DNA of 56,784 bases from NCBI GenBank assembly GCA_964001325.1, contig CAXFCR010000002.1, positions 1 to 56,784 of the forward strand, written 5' to 3'. The stretch's first letter is position 1; each line of letters opens with the position of its first letter. Under the pieces are notes generated by a model. That model saw only the letters and a program-made list of their open reading frames with translations, made no database searches and was not told the origin of the DNA. This DNA comes from an uncultured Gammaproteobacteria bacterium (GTDB lineage: Bacteria > Pseudomonadota > Gammaproteobacteria > Enterobacterales > UBA3532). Position numbers and translations under genes: made by a program. Of the stretch, positions 43,157 to 52,762 are shown one piece after another.

Positions 43157-44983
43157 TTAAAAGCTATGAATACTCACAGGATTACCTTCGCTGCGACGGA
43201 AGACATTGATCTTGCCACACTCAGCAAAGTGATTGCCCGAAGCATACGGCGCATCTGGTTGGCTAACATCTGCTTCCCAACCTGGGCCGTTGCTTATATA
43301 GGTTTTCAGCTCAAACCAACCATTAGCAGTACGATTACAGTCCATTTCGACATCCAGCATCCAGTAGTGTGCGCCCCACAAGTTGAGAGGTTCTTCACCA
43401 AAGCCGTCTGCGGCAACAGTGCGTGTTGCACCCCAATCGGATGGCCAGGTATCAACGGTCCAGTCAGCAGGCGTACCTTCTGCAGCGCTGCTTTGGCCAG
43501 ACTCAACGCCATACCAATCCAAATATTGCTCATTGGCTTTCCAAGGCACCGTTGTTGCGTTGATCATATTATTATGGCGGATGGGAATAGCACACTCATA
43601 GTTTGAGGAAGTACAGTTTTTACCAAGATTGGCCGCCGCATAGTTATGATCTAAGCCGCCACGGATAAACATATCCTGGCCACTTTCGGTGGTTCCGTAT
43701 ACAAAGATCACCGTACGCTGCCAATCTTCTTCGCCGCAACCTGAAGTACAGCCCGAATCTTTGCTCCATACCGCATAGCCATTACCACTGGCTTTGACTG
43801 TCCAACCAGCGCCTGGACTCCAAGCGCCAGAGCCGATTTTAACCGCTACTTTTCCATCGATAATCGCAGCGTACTTGTCTGACTCTGCAGCCTGAATATC
43901 GACACTCGATGTCGAGGTAATGCCTTCGGCTTTACGCACATCGATAATTGCCTTCACTGCATCATAGAGTCCCCAGTCATATACGTGGGCCCAGTAAACC
44001 GTTGGAATACCAGGATGAGTTAAGATATAAGCATACCCTTGCATGACCTTATCACAAGGTACTGACCAATGATTTTGGCCATTACCACAGCTTTCACTTG
44101 GCCCAGTATCATGGTTATCAACAAAGGTAACCATTTTTTGTGGCCACCAGCCAATACCACCAGCAGGAGCGCCATTGTTCGCCAAACGCCAATATTCATT
44201 AAAGCTCAACGCCTGATTAAGAAGGCCTTTAGTGGTAAAGTCAAACGCACCACAGCTACCGTTGGTGCCACTGACAAAGTCCATTAACTTTTGACGATGA
44301 GAGTCGACGTCGTTGTAATTAAGATCCGTCCATACTTCACCAACACAAAAATCGACATTGGTTCTATCGGCATATTCTCCAGCATAGCCAGGCGCATAGC
44401 CTTTGGAGTAATCAAAGCGAAGGCCGCTAAACCCGACCCCTTTCAGGGTATTATTGATCCAGTCAACGATATCATTACGTACCGTTTGATTGGTATGATC
44501 CAAATCTCGAGCGGCTCCATAAGGATCGCCGGAGTCCCAGGCACCTGTACCTTGCCCCCACTCGTCATCTGCTGTGACAGCCCACGAGCCCCAGGTCGGA
44601 TTGGTAAAGTCTGCCCAGTTCGTCGAGCCAACACGGTGGTTAACCACGATATCGGCAATGGATTTAACGCCGTTGGCACTTAGCGCACCGATTGCAGCAG
44701 ATAATTGCGCACCTGTACCGTATTTAGAGTTGAGATTATTTAACTGTCGAGGTAAATACCCCTCATCCGAAGCAGCATCAGATGCCGGAGGGAACCATAC
44801 ATGGGTCGCTCCTAAATTGCTGACACTGGATGCATTGTTTTGAATGGTGTTATACCAATCTGAAGCATGGGAGTGCCAATGGAAACCTTGGAGGAGAACA
44901 GCAGAACTACTTTGGTCCTGTTCTGTAGCAGCAGTTGCTGCACCACTAATGGCGAGTGCTAAAGCACATACAGCATATTTCAT
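43157..44983 (-). CDS. Secreted GH13 alpha-amylase with C-terminal carbohydrate-binding-like domain
   Basis: Signal peptide MKYAVCALALAISGAATA. GH13 regions are DIVVNH, GLRFDYSKG, GEVW and FVDNHD. The ~190-aa C-terminal extension (…GQDMFIRGG…WFELK…) resembles starch-binding modules. Confidence 0.88.
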   Translation of the reverse strand: MKYAVCALALAISGAATAATEQDQSSSAVLLQGFHWHSHASDWYNTIQNNASSVSNLGATHVWFPPASDAASDEGYLPRQLNNLNSKYGTGAQLSAAIGALSANGVKSIADIVVNHRVGSTNWADFTNPTWGSWAVTADDEWGQGTGAWDSGDPYGAARDLDHTNQTVRNDIVDWINNTLKGVGFSGLRFDYSKGYAPGYAGEYADRTNVDFCVGEVWTDLNYNDVDSHRQKLMDFVSGTNGSCGAFDFTTKGLLNQALSFNEYWRLANNGAPAGGIGWWPQKMVTFVDNHDTGPSESCGNGQNHWSVPCDKVMQGYAYILTHPGIPTVYWAHVYDWGLYDAVKAIIDVRKAEGITSTSSVDIQAAESDKYAAIIDGKVAVKIGSGAWSPGAGWTVKASGNGYAVWSKDSGCTSGCGEEDWQRTVIFVYGTTESGQDMFIRGGLDHNYAAANLGKNCTSSNYECAIPIRHNNMINATTVPWKANEQYLDWYGVESGQSSAAEGTPADWTVDTWPSDWGATRTVAADGFGEEPLNLWGAHYWMLDVEMDCNRTANGWFELKTYISNGPGWEADVSQPDAPYASGNHFAECGKINVFRRSEGNPVSIHSF

Positions 44984-45306
44984 ATTATTATATCCTCAGT
45001 ATGATTATAGTTTTTTTTGCGTTCTAACGACGACTGCACACTGACGTTCTAACTAGCCACTTCATCTTACGGAAGTCTGCAAACGAACGGGAATGGAGAA
45101 TTTAAATATGAAATATAATTGCGGCTTATACGAAACTATCTATCTGTTTTATATAAGAAATATACTGGAGAAAAATGGCATACAATAGAAAAATCATCCA
45201 TTTGTGCGATATAAGCAGTATTTCTGCTCCGCATCAAATTAATCCTTTTTGATAACATTCACTTCAGGCATGACAATAAAGTATTGAAATGAATGTTATC
45301 GACCCG

Positions 45307-46104
45307 TTAGGCGAAAAGTTTTTTCAGCTCGTCACCAGGCTCTGGTGCACGCATAAAAGCCTCACCAACCAAAAATGTATAAACATTGTGAGCCAACATC
45401 AACTGCACATCGGACGCCGAGTGAATTCCACTTTCAGTCACTACAATTCGATCGTCGGGGATGTTGTTTAGTAAGCTAAGTGTCGTGTTAAGCGAAACAC
45501 TGAAAGTTCTTAGGTTTCTATTATTGATACCAATGAGTCGTGCATCCAACTCCAAAGCTCGTTCCAACTCATGCCGGTCATGCACTTCGATAAGCACGTC
45601 CAGGTTTATGGACTTCGCTAACTCAAACAGCGATTGCAGTTTTGATTGTTCAAGGCAGGATGCAATTAACAATAGACAGTCGGCTCCCATCGCTCTCGTT
45701 TCCAACACTTGATAGGGGTCGATAATAAAATCTTTGCGAATGACGGGTAACGAAACGGCTGAACGAGCAGCGATCAAAAACTCATCAGCTCCTTGAAAAA
45801 AGGCCTCATCGGTTAGTACCGACATGCAGGTCGCGCCAGCGGCTTCATAGCTTTTGGCGATCTGCACCGGGTCAAAATTTTCACGAATAACGCCCTTTGA
45901 TGGCGACGCTTTTTTTACTTCAGCGATGACGGCAGGCTTTTTAGCAGCAATACTATTTTCAATTGCCTTTATAAAACCTCGTGGCGGATCGGCAAAGAGC
46001 ATGTTGGAACGAATAGCGGCTTCGTTGCACTTCTTACGTCGTGCAGCGACCTCTCCCTCTTTATGCTCGACAATTTTCTGTAAAATATCTGGTATATCAC
46101 TCAT
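45307..46104 (-). CDS. trpC: Indole-3-glycerol phosphate synthase
   Basis: 265 aa with [24 protein letters not shown] and LIGINNRNL motifs. Confidence 0.95.
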   Translation of the reverse strand: MSDIPDILQKIVEHKEGEVAARRKKCNEAAIRSNMLFADPPRGFIKAIENSIAAKKPAVIAEVKKASPSKGVIRENFDPVQIAKSYEAAGATCMSVLTDEAFFQGADEFLIAARSAVSLPVIRKDFIIDPYQVLETRAMGADCLLLIASCLEQSKLQSLFELAKSINLDVLIEVHDRHELERALELDARLIGINNRNLRTFSVSLNTTLSLLNNIPDDRIVVTESGIHSASDVQLMLAHNVYTFLVGEAFMRAPEPGDELKKLFA

Positions 46105-46138
46105 ATTATTACTCTACCGCTCGCTGAGCGCCTGCTTA

Positions 46139-47167
46139 TCAAATAGCTTTCAAACCGTGGCTAACGGCCGCCAAATCAGTCAATTTTTCATAGCCAGTCC
46201 CTAAACTTAGGACATCCCTTGCCATCTCAACCCCATCGTTGAGACTGTTGGTCAAATTTGCTGCATAAATCGCTGCCCCGGCATTCAGGGCGACAATATC
46301 TTGCGCTGGCCCTGAAACTTCACCTCGCAATATCCCTTTGAGCAATTCTGCGCTTTGTTCAACCGAATCAACCGCCAGCGTATCCAAACTTGCCCGCTGA
46401 ATATCGAAAGACTCAGGCGATACGCTATAAGTCTGGACACTACCCTGTTTGACCTCAGCGACGTCGGTCGGACCACTGATACTGATCTCATCCAGCCCTC
46501 CGTCACCATGAACCACTAACACATGTTGACTGCCAAGATTTTTTAGCACGTTAGCAACTGGCTCAACCCATGCCTTATCGTAAACACCCAGCACTTGATT
46601 TGGTGCGCCAGCCGGATTAGTCAACGGCCCAAGCAAATTAAAAATAGTGCGAGTAGCCAACTCTTTTCGTGGGCCAATCGCGTGCTTCATTGCGCTGTGG
46701 TGCATTGGAGCAAACATAAAACCAATACCAACCTGTTCTACGCACTGCTTAACCTCTGCCGCGGAAAGGTCAACACGCACTCCTAGCTTTTCCAGTACAT
46801 CGGCGCTGCCACTTTTGCTGGAAACTGAGCGGTTACCGTGCTTAGCTACTGTTCCACCAGCAGCAGCAACAACAAAAGCTGAAGCCGTTGAAATATTAAA
46901 GGTGTTAGCGCCGTCACCACCGGTGCCACAGGTGTCCACCATATGTTCAGCAACTACATCAACTTTAGATGATAGCTGACGCATGACGCTGGCAGCAGCA
47001 GCGATCTCATCAACGGTTTCGCCTTTCATTCGCAGCCCAACAAGAAACCCGCCAATTTGCGCCGGTGTCACTTCACCTGACATTATCGCAGTCATAATGA
47101 TCTGCATATCTTCAAACGAAATATCTTGCTTGTTAATTACCCTAGCAATGGCTTGTTGTATATTCAT
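46139..47167 (-). CDS. trpD: Anthranilate phosphoribosyltransferase
   Basis: 342 aa with [27 protein letters not shown] and GPLTNPA motifs. Confidence 0.95.
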   Translation of the reverse strand: MNIQQAIARVINKQDISFEDMQIIMTAIMSGEVTPAQIGGFLVGLRMKGETVDEIAAAASVMRQLSSKVDVVAEHMVDTCGTGGDGANTFNISTASAFVVAAAGGTVAKHGNRSVSSKSGSADVLEKLGVRVDLSAAEVKQCVEQVGIGFMFAPMHHSAMKHAIGPRKELATRTIFNLLGPLTNPAGAPNQVLGVYDKAWVEPVANVLKNLGSQHVLVVHGDGGLDEISISGPTDVAEVKQGSVQTYSVSPESFDIQRASLDTLAVDSVEQSAELLKGILRGEVSGPAQDIVALNAGAAIYAANLTNSLNDGVEMARDVLSLGTGYEKLTDLAAVSHGLKAI

Positions 47168-47206
47168 GTCTCATCCTTTACTCATTCGCGCTTGTTTATC
47201 TGACGG

Positions 47207-47788
47207 CTACTTTTGTTCCAGGTAATTTTTCAACAGCAAGTGTCCATGATCAGTGAGGATTGATTCAGGGTGGAATTGCACTCCCTGCACTGGCAATTGG
47301 CGATGCCTCACTCCCATTATTTCGTCAACGTTCCCGTTTTTATCTTCCGTCCAAGCAGTGATTTCGAGTGCTTCAGGCAACGAGCATTGCTCAATAACCA
47401 AGGAATGATAGCGTGTTGCCGTAAACGGGTTATTCAGACCAGAAAACACTCCAACATCACTATGACGTACTGCCGAGACCTTGCCATGCATAACCTCTTT
47501 AGCGCGAATAACCTTGCCACCAAACACCTGCCCAATACTTTGATGCCCCAAACACACACCTAAAATCGGTACTTTGCCCGCGAAGTGCTGAATGGCCTGC
47601 ATAGATATACCTGCTAAATCAGGGTTACACGGACCTGGAGAAATGACTAAATATTCAGGCTCTTTTTCTTCAATTTGCTCAATCGAAATTTGGTCATTAC
47701 GATGGGTTTCTACATCAACACCCAGCTCACCGAAATACTGAACGAGGTTGAAGGTAAAAGAGTCGTAATTATCTATCATTAACAGCAT
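47207..47788 (-). CDS. trpG: Anthranilate synthase component II (glutamine amidotransferase)
   Basis: ATG 47788 with GAGGTG upstream gives [19 protein letters not shown]. It has the catalytic GVCLGHQ and HPES motifs. Confidence 0.92.
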   Translation of the reverse strand: MLLMIDNYDSFTFNLVQYFGELGVDVETHRNDQISIEQIEEKEPEYLVISPGPCNPDLAGISMQAIQHFAGKVPILGVCLGHQSIGQVFGGKVIRAKEVMHGKVSAVRHSDVGVFSGLNNPFTATRYHSLVIEQCSLPEALEITAWTEDKNGNVDEIMGVRHRQLPVQGVQFHPESILTDHGHLLLKNYLEQK

Positions 47789-47809
47789 ATAAACACCTCG
47801 ATGATTCAA

Positions 47810-49297
47810 CTAACGAACATGCAAACCACGTTCAGCCATGGCCACTGCTCGAAAGACCGCTCGAGCTTTGTTCATTGTCTCCTTCCATTCCAATCGAGGC
47901 TGAGAGTCATACACCAAACCCGCTCCGGCCTGAATAGATAAAACCTTATCTTTTACCACTGCAGTACGAATGGCAATTGCTGTATCCATATGTCCACTAA
48001 ACGACCAGTATCCAACAGCTCCCGAATAGATACCCCGTTTAACCGGCTCAAGCTCATCAATAATTTCCATGGCGCGAACTTTTGGCGCACCAGAAACGGT
48101 TCCTGCCGGAAAAGTCGCTTTGAGAACATCCATTGCAGTCATATCAGGCAGTAACTTACCTTCAACATTTGAAACAATATGCATGACATGAGAATAGCGC
48201 TCGATAACCATTTTATCGGTCAATGATACACTGCCGATTTCAGCAACGCGCCCAACGTCATTTCTTCCTAGGTCGATTAGCATCAAGTGTTCAGCAATCT
48301 CTTTTGGATCGGCCAGTAATTCTTGCTCTAAATCGAGGTCTTCCTGCTCGCTATAACCGCGACGACGCGTTCCTGCGATTGGACGAACGGTTACTGTGCC
48401 ATTATCGAGTCGAACCAGAATTTCTGGTGAAGAACCAACTACCTGATGATCGCCCATATCAAGAAAATACATATAAGGCGAAGGATTGAGGTGCCTCAAA
48501 GCTCGGTATAAATCGAATGGCTCTGCATTGAAATCTACGGTAAGGCGTTGAGATAACACCACCTGCATCGCATCACCCGCCGAAATATACTCTTTTACCT
48601 TTTCTACAGCATCCATAAACCCTTGCTGGGTGAAGGCCGAAACAAAGTCTCCTTCATCGATCGATTTCCCGGGTTCTGCAACCCGCTCAGGCTCAACCAG
48701 TGGTTGACGCAGCTGCTGTTCGAGCGAATCCAGTCGTTGTTGAGCGGTATCGTAGGATGCATCTGTGTCATCACTGTCCACATGTACGATCAGGTAAAGG
48801 TGTCCACTTAAGTTGTCGAATACAACCACTTCATCTGACAGCATCAGCATGATATCGGGAGTATTTAACGGATCGGGGTGCTGGTTTGGGCCAAGCTTTG
48901 GTTCAATGTAACGGACCGTATCGTAGCCAAAATAGCCGACCAAGCCACCTGTAAAACGAGGCAGCCCTTCGATTTCTGGGGCCAGCTTGGACTGATGATA
49001 GTCTGCAATCCAGTCTAGGGGACTATCGACGTCTTGCTTGAATGTGATCTTTCCGTGGCTCTCGACTTCTACACGAGAACCAAAAACGCGCACAACTTCT
49101 CGGCATGGTAAGCCGATGATCGTATAGCGGCCCCACTTCTCGCCACCCTGCACCGATTCAAACAAATAGGAATAGGGGGTGGCAGCAAGCTTGAGGTATG
49201 TCGTTAAAGGAGTTTCTAAATCAGCAAATATTTGCCGAATAACAGGAATGCGTCGATAGCCTTGATCGACAAACTGATGGAATTGTTCAGCGCTCAT
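47810..49297 (-). CDS. trpE: Anthranilate synthase component I
   Basis: 495 aa with LFESV..GE..GRY, GAVGY and IRTAV...GAG.V.DS chorismate-binding motifs. Confidence 0.95.
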   Translation of the reverse strand: MSAEQFHQFVDQGYRRIPVIRQIFADLETPLTTYLKLAATPYSYLFESVQGGEKWGRYTIIGLPCREVVRVFGSRVEVESHGKITFKQDVDSPLDWIADYHQSKLAPEIEGLPRFTGGLVGYFGYDTVRYIEPKLGPNQHPDPLNTPDIMLMLSDEVVVFDNLSGHLYLIVHVDSDDTDASYDTAQQRLDSLEQQLRQPLVEPERVAEPGKSIDEGDFVSAFTQQGFMDAVEKVKEYISAGDAMQVVLSQRLTVDFNAEPFDLYRALRHLNPSPYMYFLDMGDHQVVGSSPEILVRLDNGTVTVRPIAGTRRRGYSEQEDLDLEQELLADPKEIAEHLMLIDLGRNDVGRVAEIGSVSLTDKMVIERYSHVMHIVSNVEGKLLPDMTAMDVLKATFPAGTVSGAPKVRAMEIIDELEPVKRGIYSGAVGYWSFSGHMDTAIAIRTAVVKDKVLSIQAGAGLVYDSQPRLEWKETMNKARAVFRAVAMAERGLHVR

Positions 49298-49519
49298 AAT
49301 AATAGGGCTCGTATAGTTTCGAGTTTTAAAATAAAGGCGTAGCAGAGAAAAACGAATAGATACCGGTGGCTAACGCCATCGGTAATCAAGTATCCAGTGC
49401 CCTTTTTTCTGCAAAACACTTAAGCGCATAATTGAAATGTCTGGTTAACCTAAAATCTCGGCCAGATTACCACTATGGTCGGGAAATGCAAGGCTTTGGC
49501 CGTGGCAATCGGTTATTGC

Positions 49520-49723
49520 TCAGTCGGACTCGTCCTCCCTTCGGGCGTCAATAGAAATCAATTTATTGTCATCATCAACCACTGTGGTAAGGCGAATAGG
49601 TGAACAACACTTTTCACAGTCTTCGTAATAGTCATCAGCTCCAGCGGAGCAATCAACACGAACCTGGAAACGAGCAGAACAATAAGGACAGGTAACATCG
49701 CAAACTTCGAGCATTTCCAACAT
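49520..49723 (-). CDS. CPXCG-motif cysteine-rich zinc-binding protein
   Basis: 67 aa with CPYCSARF...and...CEKCCSPI (two CxxC pairs) and an acidic tail. Confidence 0.65.
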   Translation of the reverse strand: MLEMLEVCDVTCPYCSARFQVRVDCSAGADDYYEDCEKCCSPIRLTTVVDDDNKLISIDARREDESD

Positions 49724-50030
49724 ATCTAACCCTCCTGAAACGTTCGGAAACTCTTAAAAGGGCCAAAATGCGCCCCCTTAAACTCATCATAGAACAATTT
49801 TACGTTTTTTGACATTTCTGTTGTTATCGATTCGATTCCAAACACTAAAAACATACGAACTATCTCGAATCAACCGTATTTCAAAGATTTCTAAGCGACA
49901 AGCAAGATTCAGTTTGAAGAAAAGAATAAATTCACATTAAGCTCATTGGCTTTATGTGCTTTTTTCGACTAAAACTATGAGAGGAACCTTTCATTAATTA
50001 CCCGACCAATACCGCCGAGAATTGGAATCT

Positions 50031-52496
50031 ATGAACGAGTACAGCCAATCCAATAATGAACTATCGGATCTCCAGAAGCGCTTTATTAAAGAGCTGCCAA
50101 CCAAGCTGAGCCGACTCAAAACCCTATGGGACTCGATGCAATATGTTCAATGGAACGCCAACACCTTTAACCTTCTCTATAGACTGGTTCACCATATCGT
50201 CGGCAGTGCTGCAACGCTTCAGTTTGACTCCCTCGCTGATGATGCCCGTCAGTTAGAGCAACTGATCCGCGTCAAGCTGGATCAGAACGAAATACCGACC
50301 AAAGCAGAAGCCGAAAGCATCGCCGAGCACGTTCTGAATCTTTATCGATATACCGATGAAGAACCGACCGCCACTCCTTTTGATCTTGATAGATTGAGTC
50401 GCTACAAGCGAGAATTTTCACCGTTAGTGTTTGTTGTTGATGACGATGAAAATGTCGCTAAAACTCTAAAAATTCAGCTTGAATCATGTGGTTTTCAGGT
50501 AGAAACTTTTTACCAATTATCGACTTTGCATCATCGATTACAGCAAAGTACGCCAGACTTATTAGTTCTCGATATTGTATTTCCTGATAGCTCGATGGGC
50601 GGCATCGAGGCGCTTAAGCGCATTCGAATGGAAGCTGGTGAAAACTTACCTGTTGTCTTCATTTCCGCCCGCTCAGATATGGTAGCGAGACTGCGTGCAA
50701 TGCGAGCTGGTGGAAACGCATACTTTGCCAAACCGATCGAGGTCCCTGAGTTTGTCGATAAAATCAATGAACTGATAACTCCAGATAGTAAACAAAGTAG
50801 CCGAGTATTGATCATCGACGACGATGAGGCGACCACCCAAATACATGCAGCGATGCTGCGCAAAGCTGGCATCGACTCAAGGGTACAAACTAAGCCTCTC
50901 GAAGCAATCAAGGATATCAACGAATATGCACCGCATTTGATACTGCTAGATATGCATATGCCAGGGTGTGATGGGTTAGAGCTGGCTACCGTATTGCGTC
51001 AAGAGCCCAGCTATGAACATATTCCCATCGTATTCCTGACCGCAGACTCCAGTGATGAGTATAAAGAACGCAGTTATCAACTCCATAACTGCGATTTCAT
51101 ACGTAAGCCAGTGCCACAACAAGAGCTGGTAGCCATCGTTCGTCAGCATATCAAACAAAGCCATCGCTTTAATGCCAAGATGAGTGAGCTGGAGCTCAAC
51201 CACAAATCACTGGGGATGGTCACTCGACACCAGTTTTTTGAGCAATTGGAAAAGGCCGTCGCCATTCATAGTCATGCTGAAGCACGCCACCACCTCTTAT
51301 ATTTAAGCCTGGATCAAATAGGTCTAATACGTAAACAGTTTGGGCTGGTTCATCTCGACGAGCTGTTTTATCAGGTCAACAACCGCATCAGCCACCTTAT
51401 GCGCAATGAAGATATTTCCAGCTCGCTGACCGATGGCGTTGTTGCTATTTTGACTTCGCGCCCGGCTCAATCAGCCGTCTCTCTCGCCAAAATACTGTGT
51501 AAAGAAATACACCAAGAGCCATTTGGCAACTTGGAGAGCCAACTTAATATCACTTGTAGCACTGGGGTTATCCCGCTCACCACGAATATCAACTCAGCTC
51601 ATGATGCATTGCGCTTAGCCGAGTCGGCCTCTGATACAGCCAGCTCTAAAGGCGGTAATGGGGTCGAATACATACAATCGCCCGCCTTAAGCACTGCTAG
51701 TCCCGAGCAAAGAGACCAGGATGAGAGTAAGCTGAAGGCAACTATAACCGAGGCAATAGCCAACCAGCGCTATCACCTGGTTTATCAACCAATTGTGACA
51801 ATGTCTGGCTCGGAAAGTGAGTTTTTCGAAGTGTTATTTAGAATGAAAGATGAGCACGGGAAAGTTTTGCTCCCATCACAGTTTTTCCCTGTTGTTAAAG
51901 AGCAGGGGATTGAAGCGGAAACAGACCGCTGGATCATTGAAAACGCCATCAACCGGATGGCCAAAGATTCTCGCGCACAGCTAAATGCCACGCTGTTTAT
52001 TAAAGTTGGTGACCAAGCATTGAAAAAGCCATTTTTACTTCCGTCAATGAGTAATGCCTTAAACTCTGCTCGCATCCGCGGCGAGCAGCGTTTGGTTGGA
52101 ATGGTGAGCGAAAAGGTTCTGCTAGAAAATATGAACGTTGTTGGAAAATTCATCGATGGTATGCACAACCTCAAGTGCGGCTTCGCCATCGAGCATTTTG
52201 GCAATTCGGCCTATTCATTTAAGCTACTTGAAAAGCACCAGGTAGACTACGTAAAGCTCGATTCTCATCTGGTAAAAAATGCCGTTAAGAACGATAAAGA
52301 AAAAGCAAACCTCGCCAAACTGATTGACGGCGTACGCCAAAAGGGTACGGAGATCATTGCCACAGCCATTGAAGAGCCTGCAACCATGGCATTTTTGTAT
52401 CAACACGGTGTCAAATACTTCCAAGGCTTCTTTATTCAACAGCCAGAAGACTCATTGAGTTTTAACTTTGAAGAAGCAGTGGTTGATATGATCTAG
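50031..52496 (+). CDS. HPt-REC-REC-GGDEF(degenerate)-EAL signalling protein
   Basis: N-terminal HPt-like helix bundle (VHHIVGSAATLQF). Two receiver domains (VVDDDEN...LLVLDIVFP...AKP and IIDDDEA...LILLDMHMPGCDG...RKP). A GGDEF-fold region lacks the GG[DE]EF motif (LTDGVVAIL). The EAL domain has EVLFR, DRW, KLD and QGF motifs. Confidence 0.8.
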   Translation: MNEYSQSNNELSDLQKRFIKELPTKLSRLKTLWDSMQYVQWNANTFNLLYRLVHHIVGSAATLQFDSLADDARQLEQLIRVKLDQNEIPTKAEAESIAEHVLNLYRYTDEEPTATPFDLDRLSRYKREFSPLVFVVDDDENVAKTLKIQLESCGFQVETFYQLSTLHHRLQQSTPDLLVLDIVFPDSSMGGIEALKRIRMEAGENLPVVFISARSDMVARLRAMRAGGNAYFAKPIEVPEFVDKINELITPDSKQSSRVLIIDDDEATTQIHAAMLRKAGIDSRVQTKPLEAIKDINEYAPHLILLDMHMPGCDGLELATVLRQEPSYEHIPIVFLTADSSDEYKERSYQLHNCDFIRKPVPQQELVAIVRQHIKQSHRFNAKMSELELNHKSLGMVTRHQFFEQLEKAVAIHSHAEARHHLLYLSLDQIGLIRKQFGLVHLDELFYQVNNRISHLMRNEDISSSLTDGVVAILTSRPAQSAVSLAKILCKEIHQEPFGNLESQLNITCSTGVIPLTTNINSAHDALRLAESASDTASSKGGNGVEYIQSPALSTASPEQRDQDESKLKATITEAIANQRYHLVYQPIVTMSGSESEFFEVLFRMKDEHGKVLLPSQFFPVVKEQGIEAETDRWIIENAINRMAKDSRAQLNATLFIKVGDQALKKPFLLPSMSNALNSARIRGEQRLVGMVSEKVLLENMNVVGKFIDGMHNLKCGFAIEHFGNSAYSFKLLEKHQVDYVKLDSHLVKNAVKNDKEKANLAKLIDGVRQKGTEIIATAIEEPATMAFLYQHGVKYFQGFFIQQPEDSLSFNFEEAVVDMI

Positions 52497-52637
52497 TTGC
52501 ACACGGCGGTAGCTGCCTCACAGTAGCTACCGCCTCCCCTGCTCTGCTCTGCTACTCATTGGCAACCTCTCCTCCAGCCCATCCCCTGTTATTTTCGAAA
52601 ACAGAAGCCTCCAGCCAAGCTTAACCGGTTAGAAAGT

Positions 52638-52702
52638 TTGACCCAGGTCAATATCATACTACCCCGCTTATTCCCGCTCCAGGCAACTTTGACATTGATC
52701 AA
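52638..52702 (+). promoter_or_regulatory. Two FNR/Anr-type boxes (TTGACccagGTCAA and TTGACattgATCAA)
   Basis: Palindromes at 52638-52651 and 52689-52702, with centres 51 bp apart. The proximal box is centred about 67 nt upstream of the MFS ATG, which is compatible with a class II FNR promoter. Confidence 0.55.
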
Positions 52703-52762
52703 AAACTGTCGCCAATAAAACAGTAACCTAGCCATAGATTTTGAACATTTCGGAGGAATACC

